A stretch of 63,891 bases of DNA, the filler included, from Nemertoderma westbladi (lineage: Eukaryota; Animalia; Xenacoelomorpha), in NCBI GenBank assembly GCA_032718475.1. It is 3 parts of 3 records of this genome, joined end to end, with 100 filler letters (N's around TTAATTAATTAA, not from the genome) between each part and the next. Parts side by side here need not be neighbours in the genome. Positions count along the whole stretch, not along the records: positions 30,384 to 56,097 come from JAUCBJ010006333.1; positions 56,198 to 63,891 come from JAUCBJ010004301.1; 1 more part is not named here. The stretch is one strand, 5' to 3'. The position numbers were made by a program, and so were the translations under genes. Below are positions 50,844 to 61,899 of this stretch, one piece after another; the first letter of the stretch is position 1, and each line of letters opens with the position of its first letter. The notes beneath the pieces are model-generated. The model searched no databases and had not been told where the DNA came from. It saw only the letters and a list, made by a program, of their open reading frames with translations.

Positions 50844-51858
50844 GTAAGTATAGATTACTAACAGGTTTATATCTACCGACAGACGGTAAGTATAGATTAC
50901 TAACAGGTTTATATCTACCGACAGACGGTAAGTATAGATTACTAACAGGTTTATATCTACCGACAGACGGTAAGTATAGATTACTAACAGGTTTATATCT
51001 ACTGACAGACGGTAAGTATAGATTACTAACAGGTTTATATCTACTGACAGACGGTAATTATAGATTACTAACAGGTTTATATCTACCGACAGACGGTAAG
51101 TATAGATTACTAACAGGTTTATATCTTCAGACAAACGGTAAGTATAGATTACTAATAGGTTTATATCTACCGACAGACGGTAAGTATAGATTACTAACAG
51201 GTTTATATCTACCAACAGACGGTAAGTATAGATTACTAACAGGTTTATATCTACCGACAGACGGTAAGTATAGATTACTAACAGGTTTATATCTACCGAC
51301 AAACGGTAAGTATAGATTACTAATAGGTTTATATCTACCGACAGACGGTAAGTATAGATTACTAACAGGTTTATATCTACCGACAGACGGTAAGTATAGA
51401 TTACTAACAGGTTTATATCTACCGACAGACAGTAAGTATAGATTACTAACAGGTTTATATCTACCGACAGACGGTAAGTATAGATTACTAATAGGTTTAT
51501 ATCTACCGACAGACGGTAAGTATAGATTACTAACAGGTTTATATCTACCGACAGACGGTAAGTATAGATTACTAGCAGGTTTATATCTATCGATAGAGGG
51601 TAATTATAGATAACTAACAGGTTTATATCTACCGACAGACGGTAAGTATAGATTACTAACAGGTTTATATCTACCGACAGACTGTAAGTATAGATTACTA
51701 ACAGGTTTATATCTACCGACAGACGGTAAGTATAGATTACTAACAGGTTTATATCTACCGACAGACGGTAAGTATAGATTACTAACAGGTTTATATCTAC
51801 CGACAGACGGTAAGTATAGATTACTAACAGGTTTATATCTACCGACAGACGGTAAGTA
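50821..51858. repeat. 42-bp tandem array, 25 units, starting inside the exon end
   Basis: Unit AGGTTTATATCTACCGACAGACGGTAAGTATAGATTACTAAC; unit starts run from 50821 to 51829, exactly 24 x 42, with no indels. Confidence 0.97.
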
Positions 51859-51891
51859 TGATTGAACCCACGACCTCCGAGAGATATGACT

Positions 51892-52803
51892 TCAATGCAA
51901 CCATGAATTCCATGCAACCATGAATTCAATGCAACCATGAATTCAATGCAACCATGAATTCAATGCAACCATGAATTCAATGCAACCATGAATTCAATGC
52001 AAGCATGAATTCAATGCAATCATGAATTCAATGCAACTATGAATTCAATGCAACCATGAATTCAATGCAACCATGAATTCAATGCAACCATGAATTCAAT
52101 GCAACCATGAATTCAATGCAACCATGAATTCAATGCAACCATGAATTCAATGCAAGCATGAATTCAATGCAATCATAAATTCAATGCAAGCATGAATTCA
52201 ATGCAATCATGAATTCAATGCAACTATGAATTCAATGCAACCATGAATTCAATGCAACCATGAATTCAATGCAACCATGAATTCAATGCAACCATGAATT
52301 CAATGCAAGCATGAATTCAATGCAATCATGAATTCAATGCAACTATGAATTCAATGCAACCATGAATTCAATGCAACCATGAATTCAATGCAACCATGAA
52401 TTCAATGCAACCATGAATTCAATGCAACCATGAATTCAATGCAACCATGAATTCAATGCAACTATGAATTCAATGCAACCATGAATTCAATGCAACCATG
52501 AATTCAATGTAAACATGAATTCAATGCAACCATGAATTCAATGCAACCATGAATTCAATGCAACCATGAATTCAATGCAACCATGAATTCAATGCAACCA
52601 TGAATTCAATGCAAGCATGAATTCAATGCAATCATAAATTCAATGCAAGCATGAATTCAATGCAATCATGAATTCAATGCAACTATGAATTCAATGCAAC
52701 CATGAATTCAATGTAACCATGAATTCAATGCAACCATGAATTCAATGTAAACATGAATTCAATGTAACCATGAATTCAATGTAACCATGAATTCAATGCA
52801 ACC
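51892..52803. repeat. 17-bp minisatellite, about 53 copies
   Basis: Unit ATGAATTCAATGCAACC with variants in the last bases (AAGC, AATC, AACT). Confidence 0.97.
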
Positions 52804-52941
52804 ACTACACCGAGGTGGAACCAATTGGAATAATTGATAAATAATAATTATTGTTAATCTCTTCGATTGTTCTTATTATCTAATTCTACTTATTTTTTTT
52901 TTGAGAAATGTACACACCCGTACGGGGTAAATTTAATCTTT

Positions 52942-53175
52942 CAAAGCAAGCAAACAGTCGGCCGGAGCCGGAGGCGACCCGAAGGCACCTCTTTCGATAG
53001 CTACTACCCGAGGGTAGGGGTGGGCGCTACTCCTATCCCAAGATTTGCTCCCAGTTATTTAACTGGTACTAATTTCATCGACCCCAGTGGATGAAAGACT
53101 GAGTGGACCCTGGCGGGGCTGAACCTACAACCAATAGATTGCAGGCCCGGCGCTCCACCAACTGAGCTACCTCGC
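52942..53175 (-). mobile_element. Full-length tRNA-derived SINE (central region MetaSINE-like, tentative)
   Basis: Minus strand starts GCGAGGTAGCTCAGTTGGTGGAGCG (A box) ... GGTTCAGCCCC (B box); central ACTCAGTCTTTCATCC...GGGGTCGATGAAATTAGTACCAG; (TTGC)n-like tail. Flanked by a direct repeat of about 113 bp; second partial copy at about 54200-54331. Confidence 0.85.
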
Positions 53176-53977
53176 AATAATTGATAATTGATAAATAATA
53201 ATTATTGTTAATCTCTTCGATTGTTCATATTATCTAATTCTACTTATATTTTTTTTTTGAGAAATGTACACACCCGTACGGGGTAAATTTAATCTTTAAT
53301 ACATTAAAATGACATTTATTAGATTATAGTTAAATTAAAATTAAAATCAGAGTATTTAAAATATTAGGTTTGTATAAGTAAATTTAAAATATAAAATAGG
53401 TTCTAAAATGCTAAAAAGTGTTTGGGGGGGGGGGGGGTCTGTATTCACTTATAGTTCCCCAGAGCCGAGAGAGCTGGACAGGACCCACAGCTGAATAAGT
53501 GATAGCTCTCACTCGCACTGCCTCTACAGTATTTACAGTGACAGGTTGGGCCCAGTTCGTGAAATGGCGTTATGTCACTACATAGTTTCCAGTGGAAGCC
53601 GTGGGCGGTGGCCCTCATAATAAGATGCCGGTTCCTTTGGCCTGGGGCGCGCCAACCCTGCGAGGTAAAAGCCGGTCCTTCTAAGAAGTTGTTGTCGCTA
53701 AACGATTCCTCCTCTGTCGTCTATATGACCTATATTGTTCTAACACCGTTTGATCAAAAATTCCCGGATATTTCAAATTTAGGTTTTCTACGTATGATTT
53801 ACAACCAACTATCTTCATAGCTAAGGTGGACGAAGAGTATTTTGATAAACCAAGTAGACTTTTTAGGAAGGTAAATTACACTTTATCCAGTTCTTTGAGG
53901 TTCGTCAGAGTGAAAAAGGAGACTATATTTACGTACTTATTTTTACGTTAGTACATTTTTATTTTATTACTATACAG

Positions 53978-54109
53978 GGGTCAGAGAAGTGAAGTGGATT
54001 CAAGTGATAGAAAACCAAGGCAACGTCCTGAATTGGAAACATCTGATAGGCTGTCACCAAGGAAACGTAACGAAGTTCAGGAGAGCACCGAGAGAGTCAT
54101 TATTGATAG
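53978..54109 (+). CDS. Internal exon of the SORBS/CAP-like gene
   Basis: T-rich tract plus cAG acceptor; 132 nt, phase 2/2; reads GQRSEVDSSDRKPRQRPELETSDRLSPRKRNEVQESTERVIIDR; donor AG|GTGCGT. Confidence 0.75.
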
Positions 54110-54199
54110 GTGCGTTGTGTATAAATTAAATAACGTAAAGTAAAGCAAGAAAAGTAAGTAACCTCGTAAAGAAGGGCTTCTACTTGTAATATTTTGCTT

Positions 54200-54331
54200 T
54201 TCAAGCAAGCAAAGCAGTCAGTCGGCCGAAGCCGGAGGCGACCCGAAGGCTTCTCTTTCGACTTTTGCTACCCGAGGGTAGGTGTGGGCGCTACTCATCC
54301 CTTGCTATGCTTCCAGTTATTTAACTGGTAC
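54200..54331 (-). mobile_element. 5'-truncated copy of the same SINE
   Basis: Matches about 52942-53070 (CAGTCGGCCG.AGCCGGAGGCGACCCGAAGGC...CCCGAGGGTAGG.GTGGGCGCTACTC...CCAGTTATTTAACTGGTACT). Confidence 0.85.
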
Positions 54332-54448
54332 TCAACTTACATATCATTATTATTAGACTTTATTTTATCTATATTGTTTACTATGATGTTTATAAAATGT
54401 ACCATAAAGATGTTTTGACTAATTCCTTCCTATATTGTATTATTCTAG

Positions 54449-54562
54449 AGTTTCCAATCTAGAATCCTCACGCTCACCAACCCAGAAACAACCATCTCAC
54501 TCACACACTCAGGTCAACCAGTTCGCCAAGGTCCTTTATGACTTCAAAGGACAAAACCACAA
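54449..54562 (+). CDS. Exon encoding the start of an SH3 domain (SORBS/CAP-like)
   Basis: ttctAG acceptor; 114 nt, phase 2/2; reads VSNLESSRSPTQKQPSHSHTQVNQFAKVLYDFKGQNHK, with the ALYDF-type SH3 first strand; donor AA|GTGAGT. The rest of the SH3 domain was not found in the window. Confidence 0.8.
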
Positions 54563-55164
54563 GTGAGTGTATCTGAATGCGCAGTTTTGTATATTAATAA
54601 ATATATAATAATTCTGGTTGGGTTAGGGTTGCTTACATCACAATTTTAGTTAGGGTTGATCAGCTAGCAGCACCTTCCTAGCTGCTAACAAGTAAATGCT
54701 TCAGTGAAATCCCTGCTTAAATGTCGCATTGGTAAAAAAAAATACCCTCGATAACATTAAACTCTAAAAATCTGCCTAAAAATATGGTAGGAAATTTAAA
54801 TGGGTTTGTTTCAATACATAAAACAGCGACTTAACTTAAAAGCCTGCCACTGCCTGACTGATGTACTTCAGTAATTAACCGGTACTGACTGCTGACCGTA
54901 ATTCTGACAGTACAGCCATGGCAGCATGGTCTACTTTTATCAGATTATAGTACTATATAGTAGGTCATGGTGCAGCATAACAATACTGTTTACCGATAGG
55001 CATACTCTGTCTGTCTGTCAGGCTGTATATAAAATATACATTTACTCTCCGACCCTCGTGCCACTCGTCCGCGTTAATAAAATATCTCGAGTTCTCAGTT
55101 ACGGTAGGTAGGCCTATTCGGTCAGCACTTACCTTTCCGGTTCAATCCGTTATTCTGCTCTACT

Positions 55165-55824
55165 ATGACTCTATTCCGGCGCTTCCTATCCCTGCCATAC
55201 CTACCGCTACCACACATCCACCCCTCCCTACCCCTCACCCACCAACCCCACCGCCCCTACACCACCGACCCCTCGGCACCACCCCGTCGACTACGCGAAC
55301 CCCGGATGGCCTCCCGGGAACGACGTATCCGGGAGGCCGTATTCCCGATCCCGAACCGCGGAATAGACCCGCCACCGCCGATAGACCCGGTATCTCAACG
55401 GTCCTTCCCTCCCCTAACAACCGGCCCCAACCCCGACAAACTCTACCGCCGAATATACCTGACTCTCAAGGCCCACCACGACTCTGTACTGGACAGTTAC
55501 TCGGAGTTCATCACGCAGACGTGCTCCCGTCTAGGGGTCGAACTCACGAACTGGAGGACACCGAAACGCAATTATCTCATCCTCACGCTACTCCGCTCCA
55601 AACACATCTACAAGAAGCACCGCGTGCAGTACGAGATCCGTACTTACTATCGAATCATTGAGCTGAGTAAAGTAACAGGCAGCACCGCAGACACTCTTCT
55701 AGCATACATTGAGAGTAACATACCGGAGGGGGTTGCCATTGAGATAAAGAAGGTTGAGGTGCTACCGTTACCAGACTGGTTAACTGGGGGTGGTGGGGAA
55801 GTTACTGAAAATGAAACTAAATAG
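55165..55824 (+). CDS. MRPS10: Mitochondrial ribosomal protein S10 (uS10m), intronless
   Basis: Arg-rich, acid-poor N-terminus resembling a targeting peptide; PDKLY...VLDSYSEFI...TLLRSKHIYKKHRVQYEIRTY...TGSTADTLLAYIESNIPEGVA motifs characteristic of animal MRPS10. Confidence 0.95.
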   Translation: MTLFRRFLSLPYLPLPHIHPSLPLTHQPHRPYTTDPSAPPRRLREPRMASRERRIREAVFPIPNRGIDPPPPIDPVSQRSFPPLTTGPNPDKLYRRIYLTLKAHHDSVLDSYSEFITQTCSRLGVELTNWRTPKRNYLILTLLRSKHIYKKHRVQYEIRTYYRIIELSKVTGSTADTLLAYIESNIPEGVAIEIKKVEVLPLPDWLTGGGGEVTENETK

Positions 55825-55944
55825 ATTTTTATTATGGAGACACATAAATAATAATTATCTTGTTTTTTTATAATATAAATCTTTGTTTGTTTCTCAATTA
55901 GTTTCTTATTGAATATCCGAGCGAAAGCTCGAGCGAGTCCGAGC

Positions 55945-56097
55945 GATCCACGCCCCTCCTGGTAGCGGTTTGCGATCCACGCCCCTCCTGGTAGCGGTTT
56001 GTGATCCACGCCCCTCCTGGTAGCGGTTTGTGATCCACGCCCCTGGTAGCGGTTTGTGATTGAAAGTTACTAAATTCGGGATCCACGCCCCTGGTAG
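55945..56097. repeat. 29-bp tandem repeat next to the gap
   Basis: GATCCACGCCCCTCCTGGTAGCGGTTTG(C/T), about 4 copies plus a partial copy. Confidence 0.85.
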
Positions 56098-56197
56098 NNN
56101 NNNNNNNNNNNNNNNNNNNNNNNNNNNNNNNNNNNNNNNNNTTAATTAATTAANNNNNNNNNNNNNNNNNNNNNNNNNNNNNNNNNNNNNNNNNNNN
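56098..56197. other. Assembly gap with artificial linker
   Basis: N block with TTAATTAATTAA at 56142-56153. Confidence 0.95.
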
Positions 56198-56588
56198 AGG
56201 TTCCATGCTACCGGTTTCTCTACTGGTGTTCTCTCAGGCTATCAGTACCGGTTAGTATATATATAGCACTATTTTGCTGTATTGTATGTACAGATGTAGG
56301 TATAAAGCAGGTATTTCTGTATTTTAGTACCGGTACCGGCACTGGTACTGCTATAGGCCTACTGTGTAGCCTACCATTTAAATACGGTAATGGTAGGCCT
56401 ACCGGTTGTGCTAATAAATTTTAAATAATTGATAGGCGAAACTGGATTGCAGGATTGTGGAAAATATGGATATACCTTTCACATAATTTAGGCCTTACTG
56501 TATTAGTTTTATAATCAATAATGGATCATGACTACTGTCTGAGTAGTGTTACGGATAGCGGCTCCACTACTTCCAACAGCACAGAAGG

Positions 56589-57170
56589 CCCGCCTCTGTA
56601 ACCTGCCCCTTTCCCTCAATTAGTTAAATGATCGTTTATTGTTTTGGTTAGAAAATCCCGTCTCTGTAACCTGCTCCTTTCCCTCAATTAGTTAAATGAT
56701 CGTTTATTGTTTTGGTTAGAAAATCCCGTCTCTGTAACCTGCTCCTTTCCCTGATTTGGTAAAGTGACTGTTTATTGTTTTGGTTAGAAAATCCCGCCTC
56801 TGTAACCTGCTCCTTTCCCTCAATTAGTTTAAGTGATCGTTTATTGTTTTGGTTAGGAAATCCCGCCTCTGTAACCTGCTCCTTTCCCTCAATTGGTAAT
56901 GTTATCGTTTATTGTTTTGGTTAGAAAATCCCGCCTCTGTAACCTGCTCCTTTCTCTCAATTGGTAATGTTATCGTTTATTGTTTTGGTTAGAAAATCCC
57001 GTCTCTGTAACCTGCTCCTTTCCCTCAATTAGTTAAATGATCGTTTATTGTTTTGGTTAGAAAATCCCGTCTCTGTAACCTGCTCCTTTCCCTGATTTGG
57101 TAAAGTGACTGTTTATTGTTTTGGTTAGAAAACTCGGCCTTAACCTGCTCCTTTCCATCAATTGGTAATT
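56589..57170. repeat. 68-bp tandem array, about 8.5 copies
   Basis: Unit TGTAACCTGCTCCTTTCCCTCAATTAGTTAAATGATCGTTTATTGTTTTGGTTAGAAAATCCCGTCTC; starts at 56597, 56665 and onward. Confidence 0.95.
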
Positions 57171-58158
57171 GTTTTTGGCTATAAAATGAGTGTTTTGCTA
57201 CGTCATGTGGTAATCGATTATCGACAACAACCACAAACTATTAAATATAGAGTCTTTTTACCACAGGCGCATATGGAAATCTATCTCATAGTCTATAAAT
57301 CATGGAATCACGGAATGTTTTGGCACAGGCATAGTGAAATCAACTGTCTGACAGTCCAGAAATCAGCAGTCTGACAGTTTGAAGAAATACATACATAAAA
57401 AGTGACAATAAAAGTCATTAAATGGACAACAAAAGTCATTATGCATAATTCGTAAAAAAAAGTGACAAAAAAGTCAAATAAATTGACATAAAAAATCACT
57501 GCCTTTAGTTTAATCTGGCTATAACAAAAACCGCAACATATAGGGGGGGTAGGGTGAAAGGTAGCTGAGGACATATACTAATACTCAAGAAAAAGGGCCA
57601 GGGGTGTTTGAGACAGCTGGTTGTTACGACTAACAATAGGAACAATTAGTAGTGGTACTATTATTCCTATATGGGGAGAGGATGGCCTGTTGAATCCTGC
57701 TCAATTCCATAACCTATTTGAATAACAACAAAAATATTTAAAAATGGCACTAACGTATACTAATACACTTAGAGTAAAGCTTAGGTAATCTAATGTATAT
57801 AATGGCGTAAAGTAACTGCAATTCCTAAAGTATTCGAATTTCCTATTGCCGCGGGTTAGATAGTTGAGAAACACAATCCATCACAAATCAAACTTCTACT
57901 GGTTCACTCGCAGAATCATCGACCTCTTTGTCATCTTCACGCTCACGCACGTCAGCCTTCAGTGCTGCACGGTTGCATGGCCTTTAGTTAAGAACGCCTT
58001 GCCAGTACCTAATTTTAAATTTTACAGTTGTGTCAGCAGTCAGACATTGTGTGAAAAGGTTAAATAAAGGCTTGTGGCCGAAATATACCTTACCTATCAA
58101 TTTTCAACGTTACTGAAAGGTCAGATCTACCACTTCATTTAATTTAATTAAATAAATT

Positions 58159-58615
58159 AGTATCTTGTGCACAAAACTTAGTATGTTGTGCGCAGAACTT
58201 ATTTTGAAATTTAATGTGTCAAACAATATGTGGTGGTATTTTCAAAATTGTTAACAGTTTAATTTGTGTCAGAAAACTTTAATGCAGTGTGTAATATAGG
58301 CCTGATCAGGTTATAGAGCCCAATTGGGAAATATGAAGTAGCCTAGCAGCCTAGAGATGTGAGAAGTGGTTTGACTGATTATTTTAATAATACGGGTAGT
58401 AGGGCAATATAGGGTAATTTAGCCAATTATGATACAATAGAGCCTGATCGGGAAAGTTAAAGTAGCCTAGCAACCTAGAGATTGAGAAGTGGTTTGTCTG
58501 TTGTATTTTAAATTTTACCTACCACGATGTTCTCAGGGTAACCAATTGTAAGTTGTGCGCACAAGATACTAAGTCGCAAGTTGTGTGCACAAGATACTGA
58601 GTTGTGTGCACGAGA
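58159..58615. repeat. Small inverted-repeat (MITE-like) element with an internal duplication of about 120 bp
   Basis: AGTATCTTGTGCACAA units at about 58159-58195 are mirrored by TTGTG.GCACAAGATACT units at about 58550-58612. GCCTGATC...AGTAGCCTAGCA.CCTAGAGAT.GAGAAGTGGTTTG occurs twice inside. Confidence 0.5.
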
Positions 58616-58802
58616 ATGACCTGGGAATGCTACATGATTGACCATTGGGCGTGCATTACCTGATAACATGTAATACTGTATATTACATAAACTCCCACAA
58701 TTGTTTTAATTTATTGATAATTTTACCCCATTGTGTCAAAGTAGGCGTATTAAATTATAAAAATATTTAAAGGTAGTGTAATATTCTACCTTTAATACTC
58801 AC

Positions 58803-58985
58803 CTTGGAATAACCTCTTCGAAATGCGGAATTCATCAAGCCATAAATGATGCTATTGATGCTGCTATTACTATGAGCCATTGACACTGCCACTAAGTATA
58901 TTGGTTGCGGCCATTGGCTATTCATATCACTTAGATTAACAATCACAAAAGGACCCCAGCAAACCAAATATGTAACGATAATAGC
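58803..58985 (-). CDS. Class A GPCR, melatonin-receptor-like, exon encoding TM6-TM7-helix 8
   Basis: AIIVTYLVCWGPFVIVNL...AHSNSSINSIIYGLMNSAFRRGYSK; aacAG acceptor and AAG|GTGAGT donor; 183 nt, phase 0/0. Confidence 0.88.
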
Positions 58986-59298
58986 CTGTTAAATGGAAAC
59001 AAATTATTTATTCAAAAAAATGAAAATATCATGTGACTCTAGAGATAGAACTGGATATATATTTTGTAAACCTAATGAACACATTTCAGCATCATCCACG
59101 ATGGCTCTGAAGCATGTTGGAGAGAAATCGTACATAAAAGGTCTGATAACTCAATATATTTAGATAGAGGGCATGCAAACTCAGTCTATTGAGTGATTTG
59201 TCAGCGAACAAATGCGAATTTCATGTCCTCCAATTTATGGACTCCACTAATTAGTCTTTCCACGTTTTTTTTATCTAAAACGTGCATTGTTTACTTAC

Positions 59299-59430
59299 AG
59301 TTAAGGTTCTAAATAGTTTCCTTTCTTTCTCAGAGAATGCAGATGATTTCCTCTGGGTACTAAATGCAGCTACTCTTCGTTTATTAGCTCTAACAAACAT
59401 GAGTATCATAGCATAGCAATAAATGATGAC
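59299..59430 (-). CDS. Same GPCR, exon encoding the end of TM5 and ICL3
   Basis: tttcAG acceptor and GTAAGT donor; 132 nt, phase 0/0; VIIYCYAMILMFVRANKRRVAAFSTQRKSSAFSEKERKLFRTLT joins in frame to the TM6 exon. Confidence 0.88.
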
Positions 59431-61501
59431 CTGAAAGAATAATTATAATGTAGAGTACTACCAAGTACAAAGCATATTTACAATTCTGTTTCCCCTAGAG
59501 AGTAGTGGGGGAATCACACACAACCTACTTCTCTTATTCTCGCATGGTTTATTAAGTAATCCGAAAGAGTCAAAATAAATGAAAATAGATATTAAAAACG
59601 TATTTTTTGTCAAATGTGTGGATATGTATACCAATATTGGACATGACATCGGCTGTAGGGCCCTTGAACAAAGTGTCTGTAAGTAAATTGACCTTCTAAA
59701 TTGAAAGTAATTATGTTCTAGAATAAAGCAGACGATATGGATAAAGTCACCGACGGATATTATGGATTGGTTCTGAAAACTAACATCCTCAGTTAGTGTG
59801 TTTGTTGAACAAACATTTTCGTTATTGAATGTCTTAATCTACTCTGCTGCCTTGTACAATATTTTCAGTAATTACATATTTCTCATCTAAACTTATATAT
59901 GGAGAGCAGATACTACGTGTTATACTGAATCGTTATTGTGCGTTTTGTTTTATATTAATTAGCTAAGGGTTTGTTTTGAACTATTTTATTTTTCACTACT
60001 GCTCGACTGTATATGTATGGGGGGGAATTTTGGAATTTTTGTTTTGAGTGGAGTGGGTACTACACATATGGAGTCGTTAATGTGCGTTTTGTTGTATATT
60101 AATACCATACGGGGACAGAGGAGTTTCATAGAGCTATGTTACCATTATTGCTTTATTTTCAATTATTGCTTTATTTGAGTCGATACTACACGTTATACTG
60201 AGTCGTTATTGTCTATTGGGCCTGGAACTCAGAGTATAATCCAGCAACTTTACCATAAGAATAGTTTTTTTTCATTATTATTTTTATATGTGGTGGGAAT
60301 TTTTAACTATAGATGATACTACATGTTAAACGGAGTCGTAATTGTGCATCCTTGGGCTTGTATCATATTAATAAAAATGATTTACTTAGAGATACTGATA
60401 ATTGTGCCCTTAGTTTATATAATATTACATACAGGACTTACTTACTTAGAACTATCTAATCCTATTAGTACTTTATTTATGTGGCTGGGAATTTTGAATT
60501 GAGATACTACTTTATATTTTATTAATAGAACAGGTCTGACGTAGCCCGGTAGGGCGAAAACGTTCACCAAATTCAGCGTTTTATTCAGCCAGTGTAGACC
60601 CCTATATGCTATATTTTGCTTATGGTAATTACTTATTACTGTTTAAAACTGGACTAAAATAATTACCAAACACATTCTATACATCATAGGAGGGGAACGA
60701 TCGAGTTTGAAAGTGGGGTCTATAAAAACAAAAGTGGGGTGCTCTGATTGGATAAATTTAATAATATAAATTGATTCGATACAGTACATATATACATATA
60801 TGCATGCATATCTAATGATTGCAGCCATAAGACATTATATAACTTCTATATATAATTTGCGGTCTTATGGTTGCCTATTATATTGTATTATGGATAATCA
60901 AATTCTATATAACTCCAGCAATTTCTACATTTTAGCCAAATTGGGGAATCATAGGTAGGACTGGTCATATGGATCCACAACATATTTTGATGATATAAGA
61001 ATATTTAATTAGTTATGTATATCTATATAACTTTGCATATTTGGTTTATTTATAGGACTGTTACTAAGATAACACATTTCCATTTTGAATGAAACATAAA
61101 TATCACGTTTTTGCATAATTGACAGATACCATAACACTGGGAATGCAGATGGTGGTAGGGCGTGACAAAGACGAGCGCATGCAGTATCAACTTGATGCTA
61201 CGGCTAGGCGTGGTCATAAACGCCGAGCACGCAGGGAACCGGAAAGGAAGTGTCTAAAGATAAAGAATGGTGATTTAAAGGATGGTACAGAAAGCAAATG
61301 ATTAACAAACTCACTATATTAAATACATTGGGACTTATTTTATGGTGGCTGGAAGTAAATTTTATTTTTTTATTTTCCTTATTTTATTATTATTTTTTTT
61401 ATTAAGCACTAAGGTGTCTGAAACTATCATATTGATATAAAAAGGCACTACTTCATCAGACTGATGTAGTAGCCCCTTTGGAGGGGAGGATGTTGCTGCT
61501 A

Positions 61502-61673
61502 GAAAACAAAGACCCCCCCATGTACAAAACAAAGACCCTCCCATGTACAAAACAAAGACCCCTCCCCCATGTACAAAACAAAGACTCCCCCATGTACAAA
61601 ACAAAGACCCCCCATGTACAAAACAAAGACCCCCCCCCATGTACAAAACAAAGACCCCCCCCCATGTACAAAA
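61502..61673. repeat. About 27-bp tandem repeat upstream of the MULE transposase
   Basis: AAAACAAAGACCCCCCCATGTAC, about 6 copies with a variable C-run. Confidence 0.9.
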
Positions 61674-61899
61674 CCGATATTTGACTCTGACCCAGAACCC
61701 GCTGTTGATCCACTACCGGTAACGGACTGTCAAGGATTAACTGTTGATCCATTATTAGGCCCAGAATTAGGCCTATCCATTCATGGATATTACAAAGATA
61801 TCATAGAGTTTCTGATATTTTTCTCTGGCAAACAAGCGCGTTACACAGCCCAAGAGGCTGCAACAAAACAATTCTTCTGATCCACAAATTTAGAAATAT

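Noticed and set aside
50664-51938. 424-aa minus-strand and 308-aa plus-strand repeat ORFs
   Set aside because: Read-through of the 42-bp array in frames unrelated to the inferred exon frame.
53100-53175. tRNA gene (Cys-like anticodon) on the minus strand
   Set aside because: No proper acceptor stem; it continues into a SINE body with a second copy nearby, so it is treated as a SINE head.
57864-58095. Possible Penelope 3' end with a minimal hammerhead (AAGG...GGCTTGTGGCCGAAATATACCTT)
   Set aside because: Stem II and GAAA are present but the CUGANGA core is not, and the upstream peptide similarity to GIY-YIG is too weak to call.
59900-60510. Degenerate repeats about 120-150 bp apart (GATACTAC...GAGTCGTTATTGTGC)
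   Set aside because: Old, decayed intronic tandem repeat with no further structure evident.
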